Shown here piece by piece: positions 28,438 through 39,029 of a stretch of 60,196 nt of DNA (within the stretch, counting starts at the first letter, position 1; every line of letters begins with the position of its first letter). The position numbers and the translations under genes are program-made. The notes beneath the pieces are model-generated. The model saw only the letters and a program-made list of their open reading frames with translations. It did not search any database and was not told the DNA's origin. The stretch comes from a bacterium. GTDB lineage: Bacteria > Cyanobacteriota > Vampirovibrionia > Obscuribacterales > JAKAZS01. The DNA is taken from the NCBI GenBank assembly GCA_021815785.1, contig JAKAZS010000005.1, positions 1 to 60,196 on the forward strand. Reading direction: 5' to 3'.

Positions 28438-31400
28438 TTAATCCTTTTCTTCTAATATTTGTAAATGCATTTGTTTATTTAATTTACGTTGAATATTACT
28501 AAACAACACATAAAACACTGGTGTTATATATAAAGTTACAATTTGCGAAAAGGCCAATCCACCCAGCACAGTTAAACCTAAAGGCTGACGACTTTCCGAT
28601 CCAGCGCCCCAGCCAAAAGCAATTGGAATACTCCCCATAAGTGCGGCCATGGTTGTCATCATAATCGGACGGAATCGAGTTACACAAGCCTGATAAATAG
28701 CCTCAGTAGCTGATTTTTTATCAATGCGTTCAGCTTCAACAGCAAAGTCAATCATCATAATGGCATTTTTCTTCACAATACCAATTAACATGATTAGCCC
28801 TAAAAAGCCGTAAATATCCAAATCACGTCTAAATAAGATTAAAATAATCAAAGCGCCTAAACCAGCCGAAGGCAAGCCCGTTAATATCGTAACTGGATGG
28901 ATAAAACTTTCATAAAGAATACCCAAAACAATATATATAACAATTATAGCAATTGCCAGCAATGTCCACAGATTTCCGGTTGAATCTTCAAATGCGGCAG
29001 CCATGCCTTGAAAATTTGTACTAACCGACTTTGGCACAATGGGTTTAGCATCAGCTTTAATAGCTTCAACAGCTTCTCCTAGAGAGACCCCTTTAGCCAA
29101 ATTAAAAGAAATTGTAACGGCCGGAAATTGGCCAACATGATTGATTAATAACGGTCCTACCCCCTGGGAAAGCTTAGCTACCGACAATAAAGGAACCATA
29201 ATACCAGTACTGGATTTAATATAAATCATATCTAAACTACTCGGATTTTTATAAAATTTTGGTTCAACTTCTAGAATCACCCAATATTCATTCACGTCAG
29301 AATAGATGGTTGATACTTGTTTAGTTGCATAGGCATCACCTAAGGCATCTTCAACCTGAAGCATCGAAATGCCCAAACGCGAGCATTCATCCCTGTCGAC
29401 ATCAACAAACACCTGGGGATTATCAACCTGTAAATCTGAATTAACGTCTTTAAGCTTAGGATTTAACTGCAATTTAGCTTCAAGAGCTTTACTAACATCA
29501 TATAACTCATCCAGTTTTGGGCTTGATATACTATATTGATAAAGTCCTTTAGTGACTTGGCCACCTACGGTTATCGTCGGTGGATTTTGCAAATAAACTT
29601 TAATGCCAGATACTACTTCTAGCTTTGGAGCCAATTCTTGTATAATTGCATCAGCATTTAATTTACGAGTATTTTTATTTTTTAAGACGATTAATAACCT
29701 GCCAGAATTTAAGGACAAATTAGGGCTAGCTCCAGTACTCGCTGAAACATTCGACACCCCAACACTAGACATAACCGATTGCACGTTGGGATCGCTTAAA
29801 ATTATATCGGTTAATTCTTTATGATGAGTTATCATCGCATCAAAAGAAATCCCCTGAGGTGCTTGAGTTAAAGCTATTAGCTGACCAGTATCTTCATTTG
29901 GTAAAAACCCTTTAGGTACGATCAAGAAAGCAAATACGGTAAAAATTGACATTACGAAAAATGCTAATAACACGATTTTCTTGTAATTAAGAGTAATTGA
30001 CAAGGTGTTTTGATAAAAACGACTTACCTGTATAAAACCCAGTTCAAAAAAATGTGCTAGACCGGAACTTTTAGACGTACCTGATTTTAAAAATCGGCTA
30101 CACAACATCGGGGTTAACGTCAACGATATAATACCAGAAATTAAAAGGGCTATACTAATAGTTATGGCAAATTCGTTGAACAATTTGCCTATTATTCCTT
30201 GCATTAATAAAACAGGAATAAATACTGCAACTAATGATAATGTCATGGAAATAATGGTAAAGCCTATTTCGGCCGACCCTTTTAAAGCCGCTTCATATGG
30301 CTCCAGCCCAAGCTCAACGTGCCTAACTATATTCTCTAAAACGACAATAGCATCATCCACCACAAAACCCACTGACAATGATAAAGCCATTAGGGTTAAA
30401 TTATTAATACTAAATTTAAATAGGTACATTGCCGCAAAAGTACCTATAACTGCTATTGGCAATGTAATCGAAGGAATAAATGTGGCTGATAAATTACCTA
30501 AAAACAAATAAATCACCAAAACAACTAAAACAATCGTAATCATTAATGTCATTTGAACATCAGCAACTGATTCTTTTATAGATTGAGCCCTATCATAGAG
30601 AATTTCAAGTTTGACTGATTTAGGGATTTGATTATTAAATGTCGGAATAAGTTTTTTTATATTCTCCACAACTTCAATAGTATTAGTTCCGGGCTGACGC
30701 CTTACGGCTAAGATGACCGCGTTGGTTTTATTAAACCATCCGGAAACTTTATCAGTCTGCACGCTATCAACAACTTCACCTAAGTCAGATAACCTAATTG
30801 GCGATCCATTGCGGTAAGTAACGATAAGCGATTTAAACTGACTAGCGTCATAAAGTTGCCCATTAGCCTGAACGCTATAAGACTGATATTTTCCATATAA
30901 GGCCCCGGTTGGCATATTAACATTGCCAGCATTTATGGCTGCGGCAACTTCATCAAAGCCAACGCCAAATGATGCTAATTTACGCGGATCCATTTGAACA
31001 TGAACGGCAAAAATTTGGGGACCATTAATCTGAACTTGAGCAACGCCATTAATACGCGAAATCCTTTGACCAATTAATACCTCAGCATATTCATCAACTT
31101 TATACATGGGCAAAGTATCGCTACTTACCGCCAAATAAATAACTGGCTGATCCGCTGGATTAACCTTAAAAAATGTCGGGGGAATTAACATTTGTGGTGG
31201 CAATAACCTTAAAGCAGCCGTAATTGCAGCCTGCACATCTAAAGCTGCTCCATCCATATCACGCGACAAATCAAATTGTAAGGTAACTTGAGTCAAACCT
31301 AAGGCACTAGAAGATGTCATCGACTGCAAACCAGCAATTGTGGCAAACTGCCGTTCTAAGGGTGTGGCCACCGCACTTGCCATCGTGTCAGCATTAGCTC

Positions 31401-31557
31401 CTGGTAAACTAGCATTAATCATTATTGTCGGGAAATCAACATTGGGCAAATCATTAACGGGCAATAACGTATAGGCAATGACCCCAAAAAGGACAAAGGA
31501 GAACATTACCAAAGTAGTCATTATGGGTCGTTCAATAAAAATTTTCGAAAAATTCAT
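28438..31557 (-). CDS. RND efflux transporter permease (AcrB/MdtC-like)
   Basis: MNFSKIFIERPIMTT..., 12-TM/2-loop architecture, 1039 aa. Its start overlaps the upstream paralog's stop by 4 nt. Confidence 0.92.
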   Translation of the reverse strand: MNFSKIFIERPIMTTLVMFSFVLFGVIAYTLLPVNDLPNVDFPTIMINASLPGANADTMASAVATPLERQFATIAGLQSMTSSSALGLTQVTLQFDLSRDMDGAALDVQAAITAALRLLPPQMLIPPTFFKVNPADQPVIYLAVSSDTLPMYKVDEYAEVLIGQRISRINGVAQVQINGPQIFAVHVQMDPRKLASFGVGFDEVAAAINAGNVNMPTGALYGKYQSYSVQANGQLYDASQFKSLIVTYRNGSPIRLSDLGEVVDSVQTDKVSGWFNKTNAVILAVRRQPGTNTIEVVENIKKLIPTFNNQIPKSVKLEILYDRAQSIKESVADVQMTLMITIVLVVLVIYLFLGNLSATFIPSITLPIAVIGTFAAMYLFKFSINNLTLMALSLSVGFVVDDAIVVLENIVRHVELGLEPYEAALKGSAEIGFTIISMTLSLVAVFIPVLLMQGIIGKLFNEFAITISIALLISGIISLTLTPMLCSRFLKSGTSKSSGLAHFFELGFIQVSRFYQNTLSITLNYKKIVLLAFFVMSIFTVFAFLIVPKGFLPNEDTGQLIALTQAPQGISFDAMITHHKELTDIILSDPNVQSVMSSVGVSNVSASTGASPNLSLNSGRLLIVLKNKNTRKLNADAIIQELAPKLEVVSGIKVYLQNPPTITVGGQVTKGLYQYSISSPKLDELYDVSKALEAKLQLNPKLKDVNSDLQVDNPQVFVDVDRDECSRLGISMLQVEDALGDAYATKQVSTIYSDVNEYWVILEVEPKFYKNPSSLDMIYIKSSTGIMVPLLSVAKLSQGVGPLLINHVGQFPAVTISFNLAKGVSLGEAVEAIKADAKPIVPKSVSTNFQGMAAAFEDSTGNLWTLLAIAIIVIYIVLGILYESFIHPVTILTGLPSAGLGALIILILFRRDLDIYGFLGLIMLIGIVKKNAIMMIDFAVEAERIDKKSATEAIYQACVTRFRPIMMTTMAALMGSIPIAFGWGAGSESRQPLGLTVLGGLAFSQIVTLYITPVFYVLFSNIQRKLNKQMHLQILEEKD

Positions 31558-34500
31558 ATACTTCCTTTGCTAAACATCCTAGTAAAAAAATTCAATTTAT
31601 TAACTGAAAAATACTGTTGAATTCGATCTAAATAAATATAAAAAACTGGCGTTATAAATAACGTCACTAATTGCGAAACAATTAGACCACCAACCACAGC
31701 CAGTCCCAATGGCTGCCTGGCCTCAGAGCCTGAACCGAAACCAATCGCAATGGGTAAACTACCCATTAGGGCACACATCGTTGTCATCATAATCGGGCGA
31801 AAACGAACTATACAAGCTTCTTTAATTGCCTGTTCACAAGTAAGCTGATTTCGTCTTTGCGATTCTACCGCAAAGTCAATCATCATAATAGCATTTTTCT
31901 TAACTATACCAATTAACAAGATTAATCCTAAAAACCCATAAATATCTAAAGGCATTTTAAAAAGCATTAAAGTTAAAATAGCCCCTAAACCAGCTGACGG
32001 CAAACCAGACAAAATTGTAATCGGATGAATATAACTTTCATATAATATGCCTAAAACAATATAAATAATTAAAACAGCAATAAGGAGTAAAATACCCAAA
32101 TTACCAGCCGACTTTTGAAAAACCTGAGCCTGTCCTTGAAACACACCACTGACATCATCGGTCAAGGTATCACTAGCAATGGCATCAATTTCATTAACTG
32201 CCTCACTTAAGGCTATTCCAGGTTTCAAATTAAAGGAAATCGTAACGGCCGGGAATTGCCCCAGATGGCTAATTTGTAATGGGCCAACACCAATATCAAT
32301 TTTAGCAACGGTATCCAAAGGAACCAGTCCACCCGCTGGTGTCATTATATGAATCATATGAAGAGAATCAGGACTTTCATAAAACTGTGGCTCAACTTCC
32401 ATTATAACCCAAAACTCATTAGCCGGAGTATAAATTGTTGACACCTGTCTTGATGAATAGGCACTGTTTAAAGCTCCTTCAACCTGGGCGATACTTAAGC
32501 CTAACTTATAACACTTATCGCGATCAATTTTAACCTGTACCTCCGGATTAGTAACTTGTAAATCAGTGGTAACATCAGATAATACTGATACTTGTTTGAG
32601 CTTTTTTTCCATAATATTAGCAACTTTATAGAGGTTTTTGGTATCACCAGAGGTTAAAGTATATTGATAAAGCCCTTTAGTTAATTTACCACCAATTCTT
32701 ATTGATGGTGAAACCTGTAAAAACAATCTAATACCAGGAACTTTAGAAAATTTTGGACGCAAACGTTCAATAATTTTATCGGCCGATAATTTGCGCTGTG
32801 CTAATGGTTTTAAAGTGATAAACACCCTGCCACTGTTAGCCGCTTCATTAGGTCCACCAGCTCCTACCGCCGAAATAAATCCTTCAACAGCTGGATCTTG
32901 CGAAATTAATTTGGCAATTTCTTGTTGATGCTTAACCATCGAATCAAAAGAAATCCCTTGGGCGGCCTCAGTTGTTCCAAAAATCGAGCCGGTATCTTCA
33001 CTAGGCATAAAGCCTTTAGGAATAATCATAAATAAGCGTACCGTAGCAATAACCATTAACACAAAAACCAATAGAATAATTCTTTTATGACTTAATGCCA
33101 GATCTAAAAAATAAGCATAAAGATTACGAAAGAAATGAAAAGTATTGTCCGATAGTCTAACAAACCAAGTATTGTTTCGTGATTCGCGGGAGCTTAAAAA
33201 TCTACTGCTTAACATTGGCGTAAGTGTTAAAGCCACAAAACCCGAAATAATAATCGCTACTGTAATAGTAACGGCGAATTCATTAAATAGCCGGCCAACA
33301 ATGCCGCCCATAAATAATACCGGAATAAATACACAAGCTAAGGATGTCGTCATTGATACAATCGTAAATTCCACTTCACGACTTCCTTTTAAAGCTGCTT
33401 CTAACGAATTCTCACCCAATTCTTTATGTCTTACAATATTTTCGAGAACGACAATAGCATCATCAACAACAAAGCCAACACATAAGGTTAATGCCATTAA
33501 TGATAAATTATTCAAACTAAACCCAAGACAATAAATGGTACCAAAAGTTCCAATTATTGAAACTGGCAAAGCTAAACTTGGTATAACCGTAGAAGAGACG
33601 TCTGCCAAAAATAAAAATATGATCAGCACGACTAAAAAAACCGTAATTAACAAAGTTAACTTTACATCATCCACAGCTTTACGAATGGATACCGAACGAT
33701 CATATAAAAAATAAGCCTGGACAGAATTGGGCAACATATTGCGCAATTGAGGCATAACTTTTTTAATATTATCAATAATCTCAATAGTATTAGTTCCTGG
33801 CTGACGAAAGATAGCCAAAACGATACAGCGGTTGTTATTATACCAACTGGCAATTTTATCAGTTTGTACACTATCAATGACCCGGCCAACATCCTTAATT
33901 CTAACAGGATAGCCATTACGATAAGCTATTATTAATGGTTCATAGGCTTTAGCGTTAAACAACTGCCCGTTAGCAACAATATTAAAACTTTTATAATCAC
34001 CATAGAGGGTACCACAGGGATTATTTACATTAGAGTTCTGAATAGTCTGCATCACCTGCATTAGACTTAAACCACAAGCCGATAATTTACGCGGGTCTAA
34101 CTGAACCCGAACGGCATAAATCTGTGAGCCAAATACCGAAACCTGCGCCACGCCAGTAACCATTGAAATCCGCTGAGCAATCCAGGTTTCAGCATATTCG
34201 TCAACTTGATACAATGGCAAAGTTGGCGAATTAACTGAGATAAATAATATTGGCATATCAGCCGGATTCACTTTATGAAAAACCGGCGGAGTAGGCATAC
34301 TGGTGGGAAGTAAGGCTCGAGCTGCTGATATAGCAGCCTGCACATCTTCAGCCGCACCATCGACACTACGGTTAACATCGAACTGTAAAGATATCTGTGT
34401 TGTACCAAGTGCGCTTTCCGAATTCATCGATTCTAATCCAGCAATGTTCGAGAACTGCCGTTCTAAAGGGGTGGCTACGGTTGCCGCCATGGTATCAGCA

Positions 34501-34664
34501 CTGGCTCCAGGCAACTGAGCACTAACGAGAATAGTCGGAAAGTCCACACTGGGCAATTGATTAACCGGCAAATTGAAATAGGCAAACACGCCAAACATTA
34601 TGACACCAAACATCAGCAATGTTGTCATTACAGGTCGTTCAATAAACAATTTAGAGAAATTCAT
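31554..34664 (-). CDS. RND efflux transporter permease (AcrB/MdtB-like)
   Basis: MNFSKLFIERPVMTT...; a 1036-aa paralog of the downstream gene. This is a tandem arrangement as in MdtBC-type systems. Confidence 0.92.
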   Translation of the reverse strand: MNFSKLFIERPVMTTLLMFGVIMFGVFAYFNLPVNQLPSVDFPTILVSAQLPGASADTMAATVATPLERQFSNIAGLESMNSESALGTTQISLQFDVNRSVDGAAEDVQAAISAARALLPTSMPTPPVFHKVNPADMPILFISVNSPTLPLYQVDEYAETWIAQRISMVTGVAQVSVFGSQIYAVRVQLDPRKLSACGLSLMQVMQTIQNSNVNNPCGTLYGDYKSFNIVANGQLFNAKAYEPLIIAYRNGYPVRIKDVGRVIDSVQTDKIASWYNNNRCIVLAIFRQPGTNTIEIIDNIKKVMPQLRNMLPNSVQAYFLYDRSVSIRKAVDDVKLTLLITVFLVVLIIFLFLADVSSTVIPSLALPVSIIGTFGTIYCLGFSLNNLSLMALTLCVGFVVDDAIVVLENIVRHKELGENSLEAALKGSREVEFTIVSMTTSLACVFIPVLFMGGIVGRLFNEFAVTITVAIIISGFVALTLTPMLSSRFLSSRESRNNTWFVRLSDNTFHFFRNLYAYFLDLALSHKRIILLVFVLMVIATVRLFMIIPKGFMPSEDTGSIFGTTEAAQGISFDSMVKHQQEIAKLISQDPAVEGFISAVGAGGPNEAANSGRVFITLKPLAQRKLSADKIIERLRPKFSKVPGIRLFLQVSPSIRIGGKLTKGLYQYTLTSGDTKNLYKVANIMEKKLKQVSVLSDVTTDLQVTNPEVQVKIDRDKCYKLGLSIAQVEGALNSAYSSRQVSTIYTPANEFWVIMEVEPQFYESPDSLHMIHIMTPAGGLVPLDTVAKIDIGVGPLQISHLGQFPAVTISFNLKPGIALSEAVNEIDAIASDTLTDDVSGVFQGQAQVFQKSAGNLGILLLIAVLIIYIVLGILYESYIHPITILSGLPSAGLGAILTLMLFKMPLDIYGFLGLILLIGIVKKNAIMMIDFAVESQRRNQLTCEQAIKEACIVRFRPIMMTTMCALMGSLPIAIGFGSGSEARQPLGLAVVGGLIVSQLVTLFITPVFYIYLDRIQQYFSVNKLNFFTRMFSKGSI

Positions 34665-34681
34665 AATTTAACTAAAAATAA

Positions 34682-36046
34682 TTATTTTTCAAATTCTTTA
34701 ATAGTCACTTTAGAGCCAGGTCTAAGCATAACTTGACCATCCAGAACTATTTTATCACCTGGTTTAATACTGCTTTCAATTACAGAATATTCATGATAAG
34801 TTCGATCAACTTTAACTGTCACTGGATCAACTGTATTATCATGCTTAATTAAAAAAACCGTAGACCCTTTTTGACTGGGAACAACGGCTCGAGTTGCTAC
34901 CACTGTCGACAACGTTTTTTCGGGTAAAGTTGCAATAACACGAACAAATTCCCCTGGCCATAACTGCAAATCATTATTCGGGAAAGTAGCTCTAAGCCTT
35001 ATTGTACCTGTAGTCTTATCAACCGTATTGTCAATAAATGAAACGATGCCCCCGCTTAATTTTTCTTTAATATTACCATTAATTAAAACTTCAACAGATA
35101 ACGAACCCATTTTAGATGCAGTCATAACTTTTTGCAAATATTGCTCGGGAATTGAAAAGGTGACGTAGATAGGTTTGACTTCGTAAATAACGACCAATGA
35201 TGTTGTATCATTAGCTTTAACAACATTACCTTCATAAACATTTAACGCACCAGTTCGACCGGCTATTGGTGAATAAATTTTAGTATAACCTAATTGAATC
35301 CGTGAAGTTTCCGCTAAGGCTTTATCTGATTCTAAAGTTGCTTTTGCCTGTTCGATAGAAGCCATATCTGTCTCAATTACCGCCTGAGCATTTTGAATAG
35401 CTGCATAATCCGATTCAATTGAGGCTTTAATACTGTCAAGATTAGTTTTCATTTGATCATATTGTTCAGTGGAAACAGCTCCTTCCTTCGACAATTGCAA
35501 ATAACGTTTCACTTCTGCCTCATCATAAGCCAATTGCGCGTTATCTTTATGACGATTAGCCTTAGCTTGGTCTAATGCAGCCTTATCTTTATTTAAACCA
35601 CTTATTGCAGCCTTAATATTAGACTTGTCTTTGTCAATATTAGCCAAAGCCTGATCAAGATTAGCTTTATAAGATCGAGAATCAATTTCAAAAATTAATT
35701 GACCACGTTTGACATAATCACCCTGTTTAAAATTAACTTTCGTTAAAATACCACCAACTTGAGCAACCACATTAACCACTGAATAAGCCTCAACATTGCC
35801 AATATTGTAGATTGAGGTAGGAATGGATAACTCTTGAGCCAATCCGGCTACAACCGGAACAATGGCTTTAGTCAAGTCTTTAGTTTCGGTCTTAACTTGA
35901 GGTTTAAATAGCCAATAAAAACCATAACCGGTAAGGAGTAGCAAAGCTATGACTACTAACAGGGGGATTAACTTATGGGTCTTGTTACTTTCTGCATTAG
36001 GGGACAGGTTAAGATTATTAATTGGGCTTTCTTGACTTTTATACAT
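34682..36046 (-). CDS. RND efflux periplasmic adaptor (membrane fusion protein, MdtA/HlyD_D23-like)
   Basis: An N-terminal anchor, a lipoyl/beta-barrel segment (GGILTKVNFKQGDYVKRGQLIFEID), a long alpha-hairpin, and IYSPIAGRTG. It is the first gene of the RND operon. Confidence 0.88.
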   Translation of the reverse strand: MYKSQESPINNLNLSPNAESNKTHKLIPLLVVIALLLLTGYGFYWLFKPQVKTETKDLTKAIVPVVAGLAQELSIPTSIYNIGNVEAYSVVNVVAQVGGILTKVNFKQGDYVKRGQLIFEIDSRSYKANLDQALANIDKDKSNIKAAISGLNKDKAALDQAKANRHKDNAQLAYDEAEVKRYLQLSKEGAVSTEQYDQMKTNLDSIKASIESDYAAIQNAQAVIETDMASIEQAKATLESDKALAETSRIQLGYTKIYSPIAGRTGALNVYEGNVVKANDTTSLVVIYEVKPIYVTFSIPEQYLQKVMTASKMGSLSVEVLINGNIKEKLSGGIVSFIDNTVDKTTGTIRLRATFPNNDLQLWPGEFVRVIATLPEKTLSTVVATRAVVPSQKGSTVFLIKHDNTVDPVTVKVDRTYHEYSVIESSIKPGDKIVLDGQVMLRPGSKVTIKEFEK

Positions 36047-36252
36047 AGAAATTGAATATTATCGCCAATGAGTTTTTGTTACTTTAAAGTTACTTTAATT
36101 ATTAATTTTTAAAATAATTATCAATATATCACAATATAATAATTATCCTACATGATAAAACATGACGCTGGATAAATTTGTGTAGATTAAACACATTATA
36201 TTTATCAATTATTAAATTAAACAAACATCGTTACTATTTAAAATTTTGGTTT

Positions 36253-37362
36253 ATGCATCAACTAAACTTATCCAAAAATACTGAAAAAAAACTAATCAAT
36301 ACTTTTAGTTATCAAACTTTTGCCCAAAAACTTTTAGAACCAGCTACTTTTGATTACTTTGCTGGGGCTAGTAGTGATGAAATTACTCTAAAAGCCAATC
36401 AGACTGATTTTCAAAACCTTAAAATTGTACCAAGCATGTTAAATGATGTTAGCAATATTAATCTTAAAACTACTATTTTAGGAACAACCATTGCTACACC
36501 AATTATGCTGGCACCAGTGGCCTTCCAGTCACTAGCCTACCCTAATGGCGAGATTGAGACTGCAAAAGCCAGTTCCTTGCTTAAAACCATAATGATTCTT
36601 AGTACTTTATCAACAACCAGCCTCGAAGATGTGGTTAAATTTAACCCGGAATTTTCCTGGTTTCAATTATATGTTTTTCAAGACAAGAAAATCAATTTAG
36701 ACTTAATAACTCGGGCTAAAGAGGCTGGTTACAAAGCCATAGTTGTTACTGTTGATTCTCAATATTCCGGCAAACGAGAACGTGACTGGCTCAATAATTT
36801 CAATTTACCCAATCACCTTAAACTTGCCAATTTAACTAATTATCAATTTGCCAAAAGCCAAAACAAAACATCATCTTGGCTACATAATTTTATCGACGAC
36901 AACTATGATAAAAGTTTCACTTGGAACGATTTAGAATCATTAATCAATTCAGCACAATTACCGGTGTTCATTAAAGGAATTTTAAATGTTAATGATGCCC
37001 ATAAGGCAAAATCAATTGGCGCATCTGGCATTATCATTTCTAATCACGGGGGTAGATCAATTGATACAGCTATTACTAGTATACAAGCCCTGGAAAATAT
37101 TGGTTCTAAAGTAAATTCCCCAGAATTTGTCATAATTCTTGATAGTGGGATAAGAAGAGGAACCGACATCTTTAAGGCTTTAGCTTTAGGAGCTAAAGCA
37201 GTGTGTATTGGCCGACCTTATATTTGGGGATTGGCAATCGAAAAGGCTCAAGGAGTTGTCAAAATTGTCGATATCCTTAATGCTGAATTAACTACAACTA
37301 TGGGATTAGCGGGTGTAAATGATGTCAACAAAATCACTAGTGAATACCTGTCACATGCATAA
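36253..37362 (+). CDS. FMN-dependent alpha-hydroxy-acid oxidase/dehydrogenase (lactate/glycolate oxidase family)
   Basis: AP.A.Q (LAPVAFQ), VTVDS, IIISNHGGRSID and DSGIRRGTDIFKALALGA. The track ORF begins at TTG 36178. ATG 36253 gives a family-typical length. Confidence 0.8.
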   Translation: MHQLNLSKNTEKKLINTFSYQTFAQKLLEPATFDYFAGASSDEITLKANQTDFQNLKIVPSMLNDVSNINLKTTILGTTIATPIMLAPVAFQSLAYPNGEIETAKASSLLKTIMILSTLSTTSLEDVVKFNPEFSWFQLYVFQDKKINLDLITRAKEAGYKAIVVTVDSQYSGKRERDWLNNFNLPNHLKLANLTNYQFAKSQNKTSSWLHNFIDDNYDKSFTWNDLESLINSAQLPVFIKGILNVNDAHKAKSIGASGIIISNHGGRSIDTAITSIQALENIGSKVNSPEFVIILDSGIRRGTDIFKALALGAKAVCIGRPYIWGLAIEKAQGVVKIVDILNAELTTTMGLAGVNDVNKITSEYLSHA

Positions 37363-37460
37363 TTTTAGTTAATTTCATTCGTTTTAAATCTTGAATTAAA
37401 CAACCGCGTTTTTTATAGTTGTTAACCCTATATAGTTAAATAATAATTTTTGCCCATCCT

Positions 37461-38282
37461 TTACAAATCTTTATTTCTAAAACACCATACACCTACTATT
37501 AAAGGGATAATTATCCAAATTAAGAGCACGACCTCAATTATTAACTGCCCCAACCAAAGACTTAAAACTGATTTAAAAACATAAGCAGTGATACCCATTA
37601 AGGCAGCTATATTTAACGACAGCAACACTAATACACGGGCGCAACTGACTGGATTAGCCAGAACCAAGCCTAGCACTAAATACTCCACCGGATAATCATT
37701 TAAGGCAATAGCCAAAAGCAAAATAAGCCCATCGTAAATAAAAGTAAGATATAACCAGGTCAACAAAGCAAAAGCAAATCCCTTGGTTTTATCTTGAACC
37801 AAACTGGCAAATAAAAAGCCTATGGCCGATAACCCAAGTGTCAACAAAATGCTTGATAAAAGCAAAAGTAAAACCATTGGTAGTTGTTCAGCTAAACCCT
37901 TGCCCCAGAACATAGCTCCGATAGCAATTCCTAAGATTAATGACATGGTCAAAGGGATAACCAGAGATGCATAACAGCTTAAATAGACTTGAGTACGGGA
38001 TATTGGCTGAGTAAGCACCAATGCCATAAATGGTCTTAAATTAAAGAAATAAACAGTACTCATAGTTAAACTTACCAGTGAATTAACTAAGATAACTACA
38101 TTTAACAAACCAGCAATACTTTGTGCGGCACTACCACTTATTAAAAATAGACCAAGCGAAAACAAAAACAAAAAAAATGTATAAACATAAAACCAAAATG
38201 CTTTAAAATTTTCTTTAAGTAAAAAAGCCAAAATCGCAATTGTTTGGCTAACCTGACATTTATGGAATAATTGATTCACCAT
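37461..38282 (-). CDS. nosY: ABC-2-type permease NosY
   Basis: A six-TM ABC-2-like membrane protein immediately after nosF in the nos cluster. Confidence 0.75.
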   Translation of the reverse strand: MVNQLFHKCQVSQTIAILAFLLKENFKAFWFYVYTFFLFLFSLGLFLISGSAAQSIAGLLNVVILVNSLVSLTMSTVYFFNLRPFMALVLTQPISRTQVYLSCYASLVIPLTMSLILGIAIGAMFWGKGLAEQLPMVLLLLLSSILLTLGLSAIGFLFASLVQDKTKGFAFALLTWLYLTFIYDGLILLLAIALNDYPVEYLVLGLVLANPVSCARVLVLLSLNIAALMGITAYVFKSVLSLWLGQLIIEVVLLIWIIIPLIVGVWCFRNKDL

Positions 38283-38300
38283 TCTTTAACCTGCAATATT

Positions 38301-39029
38301 TTAACCTGCAATATTTTGACATTCACCTAATAAGTGGGCTAATGCCAACTCAATATTATTAGCTTGATAGCGTTTTTTTAACTCTAAACTGGTACCACTA
38401 TATTTTATTTGTCCTTCTAAAAGATAAATCAAATTATCGGCTAACTCATCAACTTCACTAAGCACATGACTAGTCAACAAAACCGAGTGACCTGAAGCCA
38501 CCATGGATTTTATTTTTTTCTTAATAATTATTGTTGCAACAGGATCAAGCCCAACGGTAGGTTCATCTAATATATATATTGGCCGAGGAAATAAGAACGC
38601 AACTGAAGCCACAATTTTTTGTTTACTACCACCAGAAAGTGTAGAAAATGGCTTAGAAGCAAATTTATCTACACCAAGTTCATTAGCCAAATCAAGATTT
38701 GCAGAGTGATTAGGATTTAAAGCACACAGTAAAGATAACAGACTCAACCAATTTTGATTATCCGGCAATGCTGGTATTTGAGGCATGTAGGCAACACATT
38801 CTTGGGTATAAGTATTAATATGCCAATCTTTGCCTTGAATTATGACTTTTCCCGAATCAGGAAGAACTAATCTTAAAATGCATTTAAGCAACGTTGACTT
38901 ACCGGAAGCATTAGGACCTAATATAGCTGTAGTACAACCACTATAAAACTGTGTATTTATATTATCTAAAGCAATACTATTTCGATATTTTTTGACTAAA
39001 TTTACAACTTCAATTATTGGCGTTGCCAT
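38301..39029 (-). CDS. nosF: ABC ATPase NosF
   Basis: Walker A GPNASGKST, signature LSGGSKQK and Walker B IYILDEP. It lies between nosD and nosY. Confidence 0.85.
   Translation of the reverse strand: MATPIIEVVNLVKKYRNSIALDNINTQFYSGCTTAILGPNASGKSTLLKCILRLVLPDSGKVIIQGKDWHINTYTQECVAYMPQIPALPDNQNWLSLLSLLCALNPNHSANLDLANELGVDKFASKPFSTLSGGSKQKIVASVAFLFPRPIYILDEPTVGLDPVATIIIKKKIKSMVASGHSVLLTSHVLSEVDELADNLIYLLEGQIKYSGTSLELKKRYQANNIELALAHLLGECQNIAG

Noticed and set aside
28499-34518. Short ORFs inside or antisense to the two RND genes (28499, 29603, 30164, 33145, 33662, 33747, 34303)
   Set aside because: All are fully embedded in strongly supported 1036-1039-aa RND coding frames, and none has a recognisable motif. 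Similar embedded ORFs elsewhere were rejected for the same reason. These are 2098, 5614, 10610, 10771, 13036, 16842, 19448, 20017, 22145, 25280, 38503, 39220, 40032, 41180, 42776, 46804, 48292, 49051, 50214, 51540, 54504 and 56808.
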